From positions 1 through 26,035 of IMG/VR virus record IMGVR_UViG_3300038316_000164: 26,035 nucleotides of DNA. One strand, given 5' to 3'. Made by a program: the position numbers and the translations under genes. Shown piece by piece: positions 5,965-15,307 of the stretch. The notes beneath the pieces are model-generated. The model was not told where the DNA came from. It searched no databases and saw only the letters and a list, made by a program, of their open reading frames with translations. Within the stretch, counting starts at the first letter, position 1; every line of letters begins with the position of its first letter. The DNA comes from a virus (Duplodnaviria; Caudoviricetes).

Positions 5965-7161
5965 TTATATTGCAAGCTTATTGCCTATTAAAAATCCATG
6001 CCATCTGTTACCGCCATCTTTTGTTACAAAAACAAGAATATTTGTTTTGCTGACTGTAGATATATCCGGAATTGTATCATTCCCCCACTTCACACTTACA
6101 GGCCATGTTACTGTTTGAGCTGTGGCACCTTGGTTAACATATAATGTAAATGCAAATACATTTCCAGCAGCAGGAGGATTAATAAAATTAAATGTTGTAC
6201 TGCCAGTAAGTGTTACATTAAAACTGTTTGCTCCCGATAAATCCAAGTTTACTGTCCCAGTAGCACTTGCTATAGTTATAAGTTTTTCATGTGCTGTAGT
6301 AAGATTATTTTTGTGTATATCGTCATCATCTTTTAATATTTTCCCTTGAGCTGCCGACAATGCTTCTACTGTACTTGTACTTGTTAAAGTATTATTTACA
6401 ATTGCATCTTTCCCGGGGTCTCCTTTGTCCCCTTTTACTCCTTGTATACCTTGAATTCCCTGCTCTCCTTTATCACCTTTAGGACCTTTGAGAGATAATA
6501 AGTAATTATTAATAGTGCCAGTGTTACCTGCCTTGAGCCAAACTTGATATGCACTATCGCCAGTGTCTCCCTTATCACCTTTTACTCCTTGGATTCCTTG
6601 AATACCTTGATCACCCTTATCACCTTTTACTCCTTGTATACCTTGGTCGCCTTTGTCTCCCTTATCTCCCTTATCTCCCTTATCTCCTTTTACCGCTTCT
6701 AGGGTTTTTACATAATCAATTAAATCATTTATTTCTTGGACTTTTTTAGTTAAAGTTGGAAATTCATTAGTGCTTTTTACAGTTTCATAATTTACAAGAC
6801 TTGAACGTACATAAAAATTAAATTTTGTAGATGTTAATACATTGTTATCCTTTATAATTCTAACCTCTGCGGTTACTATTCCAGGACAGGCTATTGTATT
6901 TGTCGACAATACACATTTAATCGTCCCATTAATTTCATCTACAATACTTACACCTGTATCTTTATCTTGCAGTACAGTAGTACCATCTGGTTTTCTAAAA
7001 GCTATCTCTACATTTAAGTCTGTAAGATTATATAAATTTAATTCGTCCTGCAAAGTTATATTAAATACATTGCTCCCATAATCATCTTGTACAACTTCAA
7101 TATACTTTATATTATTCTTTTCTTTTATGTTTAATGAAATATTAAATTCTTTTAATTTCAA
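5965..7161 (-). CDS. Upper baseplate (BppU-like) tail fibre protein with collagen-like repeats
   Basis: N-terminal VQDD...FRKPDGT...PGIVTAEV BppU-like domain, two Gly-X-Y tracts, LTSTSTVEALSAAQGKILK fibre repeat and a beta-rich C-terminal domain. TTG at 7161 is preferred from the RBS (track start 7170). Confidence 0.85.
   Translation of the reverse strand: MKLKEFNISLNIKEKNNIKYIEVVQDDYGSNVFNITLQDELNLYNLTDLNVEIAFRKPDGTTVLQDKDTGVSIVDEINGTIKCVLSTNTIACPGIVTAEVRIIKDNNVLTSTKFNFYVRSSLVNYETVKSTNEFPTLTKKVQEINDLIDYVKTLEAVKGDKGDKGDKGDKGDQGIQGVKGDKGDQGIQGIQGVKGDKGDTGDSAYQVWLKAGNTGTINNYLLSLKGPKGDKGEQGIQGIQGVKGDKGDPGKDAIVNNTLTSTSTVEALSAAQGKILKDDDDIHKNNLTTAHEKLITIASATGTVNLDLSGANSFNVTLTGSTTFNFINPPAAGNVFAFTLYVNQGATAQTVTWPVSVKWGNDTIPDISTVSKTNILVFVTKDGGNRWHGFLIGNKLAI
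6410..6690 (-). repeat. Collagen-like coding repeats (GDK)n and GDQGIQGVKGDK
   Basis: 9-bp tandem units such as TCTCCCTTA near 6650-6690 and longer repeated blocks, split by a non-collagen spacer (SAYQVW...YLLSL). Confidence 0.85.
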
Positions 7162-7205
7162 AAATATCACTCCTATCCGTATAATCCATAGGCTTTGAAA
7201 TCATT

Positions 7206-7433
7206 TTATATCACCTTCCCCATTATTACACCATCAAGCATAATTACTCTATCATTCGCAGTAGGAACATATGAAGATAAATAAGGATAAGCTTTGCCGC
7301 TTACAATATCTTCACCATCAAATTTAATTTTAGGTCGACCTCCTGAATAATTTGAATCCACTTGTCCATATTTAATTAGATTTATTTTTGGTTTATTGCT
7401 CATAACTTCTATAAATTTATCTGCATCTATCAT
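7206..7433 (-). CDS. Small tail-tip/baseplate protein
   Basis: 75 aa, ATGA-coupled to the upstream hub gene; YVPTANDRVIM..VIMGKV resembles OB-fold-like tip proteins. Confidence 0.6.
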   Translation of the reverse strand: MIDADKFIEVMSNKPKINLIKYGQVDSNYSGGRPKIKFDGEDIVSGKAYPYLSSYVPTANDRVIMLDGVIMGKVI

Positions 7434-8539
7434 ATCTGAATTACCCTCCTAACCTTGTGTTTCATATGTGCTCCTATTTCAAATTTTATATTCCAACTTG
7501 TTTCAATATAATTGCCACAAATATCAAGTGGTCTATATATTAATTCAAGGGCGTCCATATAACTATGAAATGGCATTATTGCGGTTTCAAACGTAACATC
7601 ACCATAAACTTGGCTTGCTTCATATGCTATTCTTTTTGTATAACTATCAAGGCTTGTTTGATCTGCAATATTATTAATTTCTCTATAATCCACGATCCAG
7701 CGTCCTCTATTTTGATAAGAAGTTAAAGAAAATGGGTTTTCGTTTTTATAAGTAGAAACCAAAGGTTCTTTTTCTGCATTAGATTGTACAACAACCCATT
7801 TGTTGGGTACATTGAAAAGATCTATTTTTTCTTCAGCTCCGGGAAAAATAATTGATTGTTCATCATCTTTATAATTGTATTCAATAGTTCTTTCATTCGG
7901 AAGTCTATATTTAGCTGCTGTATAAAAACCATATTCATCTACCCATAAGCTTGTATAATTAATCTCCTGTAGTAGTTCATTTATAATTGCTAATTTACAA
8001 GTTCCGGGCTCCCATTCCTTAGATATTGGTAAAGCCTTGTCTGTTTGTTCTATATTGTATTTTGTTATACTTGCCCCAATTAATAAATTAATAATAACAG
8101 TTATATAATTAGTCCCTATTTGTATAGTATATCTTGTATCAATCTTATCATCTTCCAGTATAACAAGCCCATCATAGCATTCTACTTCACAATATTTATT
8201 ACCATTCTTTTCTTTGTTTGTAGGACTGTTTAAAAGAAAAATCCCTTGTGACCATTCAACCCAATCGCTACCAATTTTAAACATTATAAAAGGCTGAATA
8301 CGATCATTCAGCCAATCAATATCTATATCATCTTTTAATTTAATATCTGCAGTCCTTTTGATATTTGCAAGTGAATTCATATCGACTTCGCAGTCTGTAA
8401 TGGTTTGTAATGTTTTCTTTTTCCTTTCAAATTTATCAAGAAGATCATATTTAAAATCAATTATCCTTGGGGTGCATTTTCCATGTAGAGCGGCCATAAT
8501 TTGTTCTTTAGAATACCCTTTTTGCTCTATTTTTTGCAT
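7430..8539 (-). CDS. Baseplate hub / Tal-like tail protein
   Basis: Second gene after the tape measure; 369 aa with hub-like GIFLL..P, YDGLVIL and WVDEYG motifs. Confidence 0.7.
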   Translation of the reverse strand: MQKIEQKGYSKEQIMAALHGKCTPRIIDFKYDLLDKFERKKKTLQTITDCEVDMNSLANIKRTADIKLKDDIDIDWLNDRIQPFIMFKIGSDWVEWSQGIFLLNSPTNKEKNGNKYCEVECYDGLVILEDDKIDTRYTIQIGTNYITVIINLLIGASITKYNIEQTDKALPISKEWEPGTCKLAIINELLQEINYTSLWVDEYGFYTAAKYRLPNERTIEYNYKDDEQSIIFPGAEEKIDLFNVPNKWVVVQSNAEKEPLVSTYKNENPFSLTSYQNRGRWIVDYREINNIADQTSLDSYTKRIAYEASQVYGDVTFETAIMPFHSYMDALELIYRPLDICGNYIETSWNIKFEIGAHMKHKVRRVIQI

Positions 8540-8542
8540 TTA

Positions 8543-10366
8543 TTAAGCCTCCTTCTGATAAAATGTTTTAACAAAATTAAATTCTACATCCCACCACCCT
8601 ATTTGAGTTTCTTTAATTTGTAATCCTTCAGGGACTATCCCAAAAACACACTGCTTTTTATTATCCCTATATAAAAGCGTTTTCATGCTATCTATAATAT
8701 TTTGCAATTTATTTAATTCTTTTTCATCTTTAATTGTAAAAGATAACTTTATATTTTTAGAGTAATTTTGTTTAAATTCAGGAACAGGATCCTTTCTCCC
8801 TGAAAACTCCAAAAGAATCCCTTTATACCCTTGCGTTCTTTGACGTTCTGGGTTATATGCAAGTTTAACCCAATTGTCATAATCCCCAACTATTGCAATT
8901 TGAGAATTTCTAATTTTTACTTTGGAGTTTATAATATCTGAATCTTTATATCCATTTTCCCCTATTGCTCTAACAAAATACTCATAAAATGTATCATGCA
9001 TAGGGGTATAATCAACAAAGCTATTTGTAATATTAGTTGCTATTCTTAACCAATTAGCAGCTCCTTTTTCTCTTCTATATACCTCATTATATACTGCTTG
9101 TTCTTCATTTTCCTGTGGATTAGGATTATTAATATCTAATTTTATACTCCCTCTAATTGTATCTATATATGTTGTTACTATAGGTTTTGGCGGCATTTTA
9201 AAAATGATAGTAATATCTTTTTCTCCATATAAACTCCAAATACCATATTCATTTCTTATTTTAACTTTAACTTTATATATTGTATTATTTGTAAGTCTTG
9301 TCTTAACATTATAATTATTTATATCCCCATTAACATTTCCACTGTCTTCAATTAATTCAATATTCTTGTATATCTCTACCTCATAACCATATTGACCTTC
9401 TATTGTGTCCCACATCACTTTTGGAGTTGATGTACTTGCTCCTGAAACTGTTACAATAGGTGTTTCAGGTCTTTCTCCTATCTGAATAAACAGTGGAGTT
9501 GAAAAATCACTATATATGCCGTCATTGTCCTTGATTCTTAATTTTATATATAAGTTCCCTTGTTGAATATTATTTAGGTTAAAATTGTAAAATTTATTTG
9601 TACTATTTTGTTTTATACTATTCCACGTGTAATTGTCTTGGCTATATTGCAGCTCAAAGCCTGCCTGTCCTGCACTTTCCCATTCAATTTTTACAGTTAA
9701 ATTATCGGCTTTATTTATTACATCACCACTTTTAGGATCCATTATTACAGGTTGCTGTAGTCTATTCATAGAATAAGTTACTGTAGCATAATTGGGGGAA
9801 ACATTTTCATTACTATTTAATATAACACAGGCATCATTAAAAATATAATACGGATAAACATTAGGATCCTTATTATATCTTGTATCATTGATAAACTTAT
9901 TGTTTATTCCATTATTTATTACAAATACAAATCCATATTTTCTTTTATCCCAATATTCTGTTAAGTCAACATTTAAATTGCCATCGCTATTAGAAAGTGT
10001 TAGAAAATCTTTTTTTAGTAGTTCAAGTTTTGGGGCATTATCAAATGTGAGTGTATATTCATCCCACGGGCTTAAAGCTGTATATAAATCAATATTAAGC
10101 GATTCATCATATAACACCGAATCCCTATTTGAAGGATTTTGCTTCCATAAATATATACGCGTTGTCTGATATAAATTTAAAATTACATTTGTTATTTGGG
10201 CATCTAAAGGTATTTTTTCAAACGGATTAAAATCAACAAAAAACTTTTGATAGTTTAAATCAGTATAATATATCATATAAATTTGAGTAGATCGTCCGTT
10301 TGCGCCTTTACCGACTATGCTATAAACATAAGTATCCATTATTTTATCTATTCTTACTGTATTCAT
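8543..10366 (-). CDS. Distal-tail-position protein with N-terminal DNRLRE/CBM-like and FN3-like domains
   Basis: Directly follows the tape measure; DTYV...IP.DAQI..V.LNLY...WDEYTLTF.NAP pattern, FN3-like YxVxVR...GxWS repeats and a Dit-like C-terminus; ATG at 10366 with RBS GAGGGG. Confidence 0.65.
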   Translation of the reverse strand: MNTVRIDKIMDTYVYSIVGKGANGRSTQIYMIYYTDLNYQKFFVDFNPFEKIPLDAQITNVILNLYQTTRIYLWKQNPSNRDSVLYDESLNIDLYTALSPWDEYTLTFDNAPKLELLKKDFLTLSNSDGNLNVDLTEYWDKRKYGFVFVINNGINNKFINDTRYNKDPNVYPYYIFNDACVILNSNENVSPNYATVTYSMNRLQQPVIMDPKSGDVINKADNLTVKIEWESAGQAGFELQYSQDNYTWNSIKQNSTNKFYNFNLNNIQQGNLYIKLRIKDNDGIYSDFSTPLFIQIGERPETPIVTVSGASTSTPKVMWDTIEGQYGYEVEIYKNIELIEDSGNVNGDINNYNVKTRLTNNTIYKVKVKIRNEYGIWSLYGEKDITIIFKMPPKPIVTTYIDTIRGSIKLDINNPNPQENEEQAVYNEVYRREKGAANWLRIATNITNSFVDYTPMHDTFYEYFVRAIGENGYKDSDIINSKVKIRNSQIAIVGDYDNWVKLAYNPERQRTQGYKGILLEFSGRKDPVPEFKQNYSKNIKLSFTIKDEKELNKLQNIIDSMKTLLYRDNKKQCVFGIVPEGLQIKETQIGWWDVEFNFVKTFYQKEA

Positions 10367-10367
10367 T

Positions 10368-12368
10368 TTATCCCCTCGCTCTCGCTGTTTGTGGCAATTT
10401 TTCAAAGAGCTCTAATAAATCAGCTATGCTTCTTATATTCATGCTCCCCATATCTAAATTTACATAAAAAGTATTTTCTCCACCACTGCCTAAATCAGCA
10501 TTACTAGCATTAGGATTGTATGGGTTCTCATCTTCTCGTTGCACCCTCTCACCTTTGTGCAGCTCTGCCCGATACCCATCAAACGGAACATAATCTAAAC
10601 CGCTCTTATGACTACCATGAACTGCATAGTTAGGCATTTTGTTTGTTTGATTTTGTATCTCTTGCGTATATTTTTGAGTTGTCCCTGTAGCAGAATTAAA
10701 TACTTTTTCAACATCAGACGCTTTATTTGTTAATGCAGCAATTAAACCAAGCACAACGGCAAGTGCTGCAGCAACTGCCATTATTATACCTACCCACTTT
10801 AAGGCGGTTGCATCCATACCAGCCGTTAGAAGCTTCAATCCTTTTATTGTTTCAGCCGTTGCTAATATCGTTTTTGCAACTGTTCCAATAACCAAAGCCA
10901 CCATTCCTAAAACTGCAATTGTAGCAATTACACCAGGAGGAATTTTTGCAACTAATTCTAAAAAACTTGAAATTAGATTTAAAATCGGGCTTAATGCTCC
11001 CCCAGTATCTATAAGTGAATTTTTTATTTTATTTAATGCTTTATCGAATCTTTCACCAGGTGTTTGTAAATCTTTTAATGCTTTTTCAGCTGCACCGCTG
11101 CTGTTTTTTATTTTATCAATATCCTCTGCAAACATCTTAGCCCCACTCCCAGTTAAAATAAACATACTATTTAACCCTTCAACTCTTCCAAATAATTTTG
11201 CCATGCTCTCACTATTTCCTCTTGTTTTGTTTTGCACATCTTCTAAAAAACCTGAAAGCCCCTTACTTTGTAATGCGGTTAAGTTGAATTGTAATCCTAA
11301 TCTCTTTGCTTCTTCTGCTGCTTCTCCAGTTGGTTTAATTACTGCACTTATAATTCCCTTTAAACCAGTTACCGCTTCACTTGTTTGAATACCATTTGTT
11401 GTTAAGGTTGCTATGGCTGCCAACAATTCTTCAATAGGAATTTTTGCTGTAGCGGCTAATCCTGCTATTTTTCCAAAGCTATCCCCAAGGTCACCTACTG
11501 TCAATTTCCCTAATTTTTGTGTTATTATTAGTTGATCTGTTATCTTCGTAGCATCATCTACACTTATTTTATATGAATTTATTATTGTGGTGAGTATATC
11601 AACCGCTGTTGTGGTGTCTGTAAAACCAGTTTTGGCAAGTAATGCAGCACTATTTAAAACCTTTAAACTATCTGCAGTATCAATATTTGAAGAAATTATA
11701 TTATATAAACCCTCTGCCATATCTGTAGCGGCTAAATTCATATCACCACTTATTTTTAAAGTACCTTCCCTTAGATCTTCAAAACTTATTTCTGTAGTAT
11801 CTGCAATAGTTCTTGCCTTTGCCATTTCTTTATCAAAATCAGAGCTCATTTTAGTAGCCGCAACACCAATTCCAGTTAAAACCATTCCAACTTTTTGCAT
11901 TGTGCCTGCTAATTTGTTTAAATCAACTCCTGCTTGTTTGGATTTTTCCGCATAATCAGAAATAGCATTCGCTGCTTTACCTAATTTTGTGTTTTGCTGG
12001 TTAACTTCTTTATTCACATCTTCTAATTCTTTTTGTACCTTTAGCAATTGTGTTTCAGCATTTTTAAGCTCAATAGTTTTTTCTGCTATTGCTTTTTCAT
12101 TTTTCTTTTCAGCATTTGAAAGTTTTTCTAATTCTTTTTTTAATTCGCTTATTTTATCTGCCTGCAGTTTTGCTTTATTAGCAAGCATTTCCTGCTTTAT
12201 TCCTAATTTATCCAAACTATTACCAGTTTGATTAGCCTGTTCCATTTGCTTTTTAAATTCAGCATTAAGAAGTGCCATCTGCTTATTTACTTGTGGTACC
12301 CCTTTTTTTACTTCGTCATAATTAAAATCAAGGTATATAGATTTCTTATATCCTTTAAATCCCGCCAT
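10368..12368 (-). CDS. Tail tape measure protein (TP901-type core)
   Basis: N-terminal coiled coil, Ala/Gly-rich helical core, hydrophobic segments and C-terminal GLDYVPFDGYRAELHKGERV motif; follows the tail chaperones. Confidence 0.95.
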   Translation of the reverse strand: MAGFKGYKKSIYLDFNYDEVKKGVPQVNKQMALLNAEFKKQMEQANQTGNSLDKLGIKQEMLANKAKLQADKISELKKELEKLSNAEKKNEKAIAEKTIELKNAETQLLKVQKELEDVNKEVNQQNTKLGKAANAISDYAEKSKQAGVDLNKLAGTMQKVGMVLTGIGVAATKMSSDFDKEMAKARTIADTTEISFEDLREGTLKISGDMNLAATDMAEGLYNIISSNIDTADSLKVLNSAALLAKTGFTDTTTAVDILTTIINSYKISVDDATKITDQLIITQKLGKLTVGDLGDSFGKIAGLAATAKIPIEELLAAIATLTTNGIQTSEAVTGLKGIISAVIKPTGEAAEEAKRLGLQFNLTALQSKGLSGFLEDVQNKTRGNSESMAKLFGRVEGLNSMFILTGSGAKMFAEDIDKIKNSSGAAEKALKDLQTPGERFDKALNKIKNSLIDTGGALSPILNLISSFLELVAKIPPGVIATIAVLGMVALVIGTVAKTILATAETIKGLKLLTAGMDATALKWVGIIMAVAAALAVVLGLIAALTNKASDVEKVFNSATGTTQKYTQEIQNQTNKMPNYAVHGSHKSGLDYVPFDGYRAELHKGERVQREDENPYNPNASNADLGSGGENTFYVNLDMGSMNIRSIADLLELFEKLPQTARARG

Positions 12369-12382
12369 ACGCTTACCTCACT

Positions 12383-12610
12383 TTATACAAATCCCTCTAT
12401 ATCTCTCATACTTGTTACTTCATTTACTCGTTCCTTCTGCTCCCCGGCATATTTAATCTTATAATGTAAATCAATTAATCTAACTACTTTGCCTATACTG
12501 CTTTTTAAAAATTCCCCTTCAGGTCTGTTCATTTCAATACAATACAAATAATATAAATTATCCCAATCTATTTCTGTTTCTGTGATAGTTTCAGCAGCTC
12601 TGTCTGTACC
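12383..12610 (-). CDS. Tail assembly chaperone extension (gpT-like), reached by -1 frameshift
   Basis: Open -1 frame GTDRAAETITETEIDWDNLYYLYCIEMNRPEGEFLKSSIGKVVRLIDLHYKIKYAGEQKERVNEVTSMRDIEGFV starts at the A9G slippery run and ends just before the tape measure RBS. Confidence 0.85.
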   Translation of the reverse strand, partial: GTDRAAETITETEIDWDNLYYLYCIEMNRPEGEFLKSSIGKVVRLIDLHYKIKYAGEQKERVNEVTSMRDIEGFV

Positions 12611-12945
12611 TTTTTTTTTACTTCATCATTGTCTATTCCTTCAAAGCTTTCAAGTGTACATTCGAGTATAGTCTCTATAAGTGGTAATCCCCCACCTATT
12701 ACAATACTTTTTACTTCTTCATATTTCACATCATTATCAAGTATTTTCATGCCACAATACAAAATTTTGGAAGCCAAATCGTAGGGCTTATTTGATTCTT
12801 CTTTTGCTAATGTGGATAAATCGCCAAATTCCTCTTGCATAAGCATAAAAGCCTCAACAGTAAATATAGCTTCCTTAACGGTCCCATCTGAAAATTCAAT
12901 TTCTAATGGCTCTATTGGTTTTACCACTATTCTTTTTCTTGCCAT
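12568..12945 (-). CDS. Tail assembly chaperone (gpG-like)
   Basis: Between major tail and tape measure genes; ATG at 12945 with RBS GGAGGG; slippery site near the 3' end. Confidence 0.85.
   Translation of the reverse strand: MARKRIVVKPIEPLEIEFSDGTVKEAIFTVEAFMLMQEEFGDLSTLAKEESNKPYDLASKILYCGMKILDNDVKYEEVKSIVIGGGLPLIETILECTLESFEGIDNDEVKKKVQTELLKLSQKQK
12610..12619 (-). promoter_or_regulatory. Programmed -1 ribosomal frameshift slippery site
   Basis: GTA AAA AAA AAG contains A AAA AAG in the correct phase. Confidence 0.85.
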
Positions 12946-12963
12946 ATATTTCCCTCCAAACAC

Positions 12964-13005
12964 AAATAAAAACACTCTATTAAAAATTTTAGAGTGTTTT
13001 TATTT
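12964..13005. terminator. Bidirectional-type terminator after the major tail gene
   Basis: 16-bp perfect inverted repeat AAATAAAAACACTCTA / TAGAGTGTTTTTATTT. Confidence 0.85.
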
Positions 13006-13017
13006 TATATTAATTTT

Positions 13018-13605
13018 TTATACAGTAGTCCCTGGCACCTTAGTAAACCATTGTGCAGCCATTTCTGATGTGAACGTACTATCCGCACTATCAGCAAAAC
13101 GTCTTATTTCTCTATCGAATTCTCTTGGCACAAACTCAACCGTCAATGCATCTGTACTAAAATTTATGTTTTCAGTCGCCTGCTGTACGTTACTCCCAAT
13201 AGGCTGCGGCTTTCCTTTTAACAACCAAATATATTCCGCTGTCTTCTCTGTTTGTTCTACCATGTATCCTATTGCTATATCAGGAGCCTGATCATCTGCA
13301 TTTTCTACAAGAACTCCATTTTCGTATTTATTGCCTTGTATGTCTGCTCTAACGTCAATTTGTATCTTGTTACTATCTAAAGTTAGTGTTAATCCTGTAA
13401 GTTTGCTCATAACTTCTTGCTTTACCCCATCACCATATAAAACACCTTTTGCTAATCCAGGTGATATCTGCACTTGCATAGCTTTTGCTAATGGTTTAAT
13501 TTCACTGTATTGGACTCCACTTGCATCATCTTTAATGCACTTTGCATATACTACATTTTTTATATTTATCCTATTGGTCTTTTTTATTGTACTTTCTCCT
13601 GCCAT
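13018..13605 (-). CDS. Major tail (tube) protein, phi13-like
   Basis: 195 aa; NIKNVVYA, LYGDG, APDIAIG and WLLKGK motifs; followed by a terminator and the chaperones. Confidence 0.9.
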   Translation of the reverse strand: MAGESTIKKTNRINIKNVVYAKCIKDDASGVQYSEIKPLAKAMQVQISPGLAKGVLYGDGVKQEVMSKLTGLTLTLDSNKIQIDVRADIQGNKYENGVLVENADDQAPDIAIGYMVEQTEKTAEYIWLLKGKPQPIGSNVQQATENINFSTDALTVEFVPREFDREIRRFADSADSTFTSEMAAQWFTKVPGTTV

Positions 13606-13607
13606 AT

Positions 13608-13940
13608 TTATACCTCGCTTTCATAATAATAATTAAAAATTAAAATTTTATGATATACTTTTATTTCAGATTCGAAATCATCCCTTCCATCCATAAATAA
13701 AAATCCGTTTTGTTTCATTATTTTTTTTACCTGCTCAACTGTGCTCGCATAATCTCCTTTGCTCCATATATCAATTTGACAAGCTGCTCCGCTTGTTTCC
13801 TCCTCACCATCACCATATAATTCTCCACCTTCATTAAAAAAGTGATAGGTTATACTTGGAAAGCTTTCAGGTCTTAATTGCCATAAAACTGGTACATTTA
13901 AAGGTTTTAGGATATCATATACCAAACTAATTAAATCCAT
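13608..13940 (-). CDS. Tail terminator/completion protein
   Basis: 110 aa, PSITY...QIDIWSK...MKQNGF pattern; immediately precedes the major tail gene. Confidence 0.8.
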   Translation of the reverse strand: MDLISLVYDILKPLNVPVLWQLRPESFPSITYHFFNEGGELYGDGEEETSGAACQIDIWSKGDYASTVEQVKKIMKQNGFLFMDGRDDFESEIKVYHKILIFNYYYESEV

Positions 13941-14342
13941 CTAAAACCCTGCCTTTCTCATTTCTTCTTCAAATATTCTTTCAAGTTCTCCTTCTTCAAG
14001 CATTTTCACGGTCCAATCCATAAAATGTGTTGCTTCACTTCTGTATGTTCCGTCATTTACCAAATGCCATTTTGTGCCCGTCTTTTTTCCTCCAGCAACC
14101 CTTGCAACTTTATACCCAAATTTATCTTTCTTTATATTAAGGTGGACATCATCTTTCATGTGCTTATAATCAATATTATTATTTTTAGTAGCAAGTTTAC
14201 CAAGAACACCTTTAACCATATCTTTCGTAGCCTGCCCTGCACGCTTTAAATATCTGTCCTCAACTTCTTCAGTTGCTTTTTCTATCCCATTTAAAAATAC
14301 TTGTAATGCATCACTATCTTCATATCTCATTTTGATTCCCAT
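13941..14342 (-). CDS. HK97 gp10-like tail component
   Basis: HMKDDV and WHLVNDGT...HFM motifs; ATG at 14342 with RBS GAGGTG. Confidence 0.8.
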   Translation of the reverse strand: MGIKMRYEDSDALQVFLNGIEKATEEVEDRYLKRAGQATKDMVKGVLGKLATKNNNIDYKHMKDDVHLNIKKDKFGYKVARVAGGKKTGTKWHLVNDGTYRSEATHFMDWTVKMLEEGELERIFEEEMRKAGF

Positions 14343-14356
14343 AAAATCACCTCGTA

Positions 14357-14383
14357 GAAAAAGCACTCTTGAATTGAGTGCCC
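14357..14383 (-). terminator. Moron terminator
   Basis: GCACTC-AATTCAA-GAGTGC followed by TTTTTCT on the - strand. Confidence 0.75.
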
Positions 14384-14389
14384 ACTGTA

Positions 14390-14908
14390 CTATTTATGTT
14401 CTTCCATTATTCTTTTTCTATTTATTCTTACCATGATATGGGATATTACTATATAAGCAAGAAAACCGAAAATTAAAATCCTAGCTATATCAGTTCCAAA
14501 GTCCCCAAATGCAATATTCAGAATTTTAATTAATATTAAAAGCAATATTGCAACTGTAACTATAATAACTGATAAACCTAAGAAAGGATTACCTGCCACC
14601 ATAGAGGATTCAAGTATTAAATCTGATAAAAAATTACTGGACTTCAATTTTAGCATAGTTCCAGTTTTATCATATTCATTGAAAATCCTTACTGCATCTC
14701 GTTTATTTTTCTTTGGTATTACTATAGTTAAAGCTAAATCATTTTCAAAATCTTTGAAAATATTCATTAAACCATCTTCTATTGTGATTTTTTTAACTTC
14801 CTCTTTTCTTAATACAGTTTTAATATCAGTATCTGCATCAAGGTATATAATCCTTTCTTTGTTAGCATTTAAAATATTACCTTCTCCATCTTTCCATTTA
14901 ATATCCAT
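14390..14908 (-). CDS. Moron: membrane protein with two C-terminal TM helices
   Basis: Interrupts the head-closure/gp10 gene pair; ATG at 14908 with RBS GGGAGGGG; own promoter and terminator; two long hydrophobic segments. Confidence 0.8.
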   Translation of the reverse strand: MDIKWKDGEGNILNANKERIIYLDADTDIKTVLRKEEVKKITIEDGLMNIFKDFENDLALTIVIPKKNKRDAVRIFNEYDKTGTMLKLKSSNFLSDLILESSMVAGNPFLGLSVIIVTVAILLLILIKILNIAFGDFGTDIARILIFGFLAYIVISHIMVRINRKRIMEEHK

Positions 14909-14930
14909 AGAACCCCTCCCCTTTACCAAT

Positions 14931-14959
14931 ATTATACAATGGTGGCAGGGATTTATCTA
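14931..14959 (-). promoter_or_regulatory. Sigma-A promoter of the moron
   Basis: TAGATA-N17-TATAAT; the -35 element uses the upstream gene's TAG stop. Confidence 0.7.
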
Positions 14960-15307
14960 CATATCACGCTTAATTTCATAAGCCTTTACAATCATATACA
15001 TTCTGTCATTGTCCAATGGTAATATTCCTTCTATTGCATAAAATTTATCATTAAATTTAATTCTCATGCTTTCATCTAAATCATCTCTATACCTTATTTT
15101 CCATTCTACATCTGTTTTAACATTAGCAGCCCTTGCAGCATAAAAATTTTTGCCTCTTAAAAATCTTGTTTCCGCCCATATAGAAATATAATCTTCATAT
15201 TCTTCTAAGGGAATAATGGGTCCTATAGTCTCTATTTTCTTTTGGAAGGTAATGTATGCGTCATATACTGTCCCAACGTCCTTCATGGCCATCCTTCTAT
15301 CCTTCAT
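14957..15307 (-). CDS. Head closure / head-tail joining protein (SPP1 gp16-like)
   Basis: ITFQK, IWAE, WKIRYR.DLDESMRI...YAIEGI motifs; start uncertain (15316, 15307 or 15292). Confidence 0.88.
   Translation of the reverse strand: MKDRRMAMKDVGTVYDAYITFQKKIETIGPIIPLEEYEDYISIWAETRFLRGKNFYAARAANVKTDVEWKIRYRDDLDESMRIKFNDKFYAIEGILPLDNDRMYMIVKAYEIKRDM

Noticed and set aside
6410-6690. Tandem repeats as CRISPR array or DGR repeats
   Set aside because: They are in-frame Gly-X-Y coding repeats with no unique spacers; no cas or reverse transcriptase gene is present and I saw no TR/VR pair.
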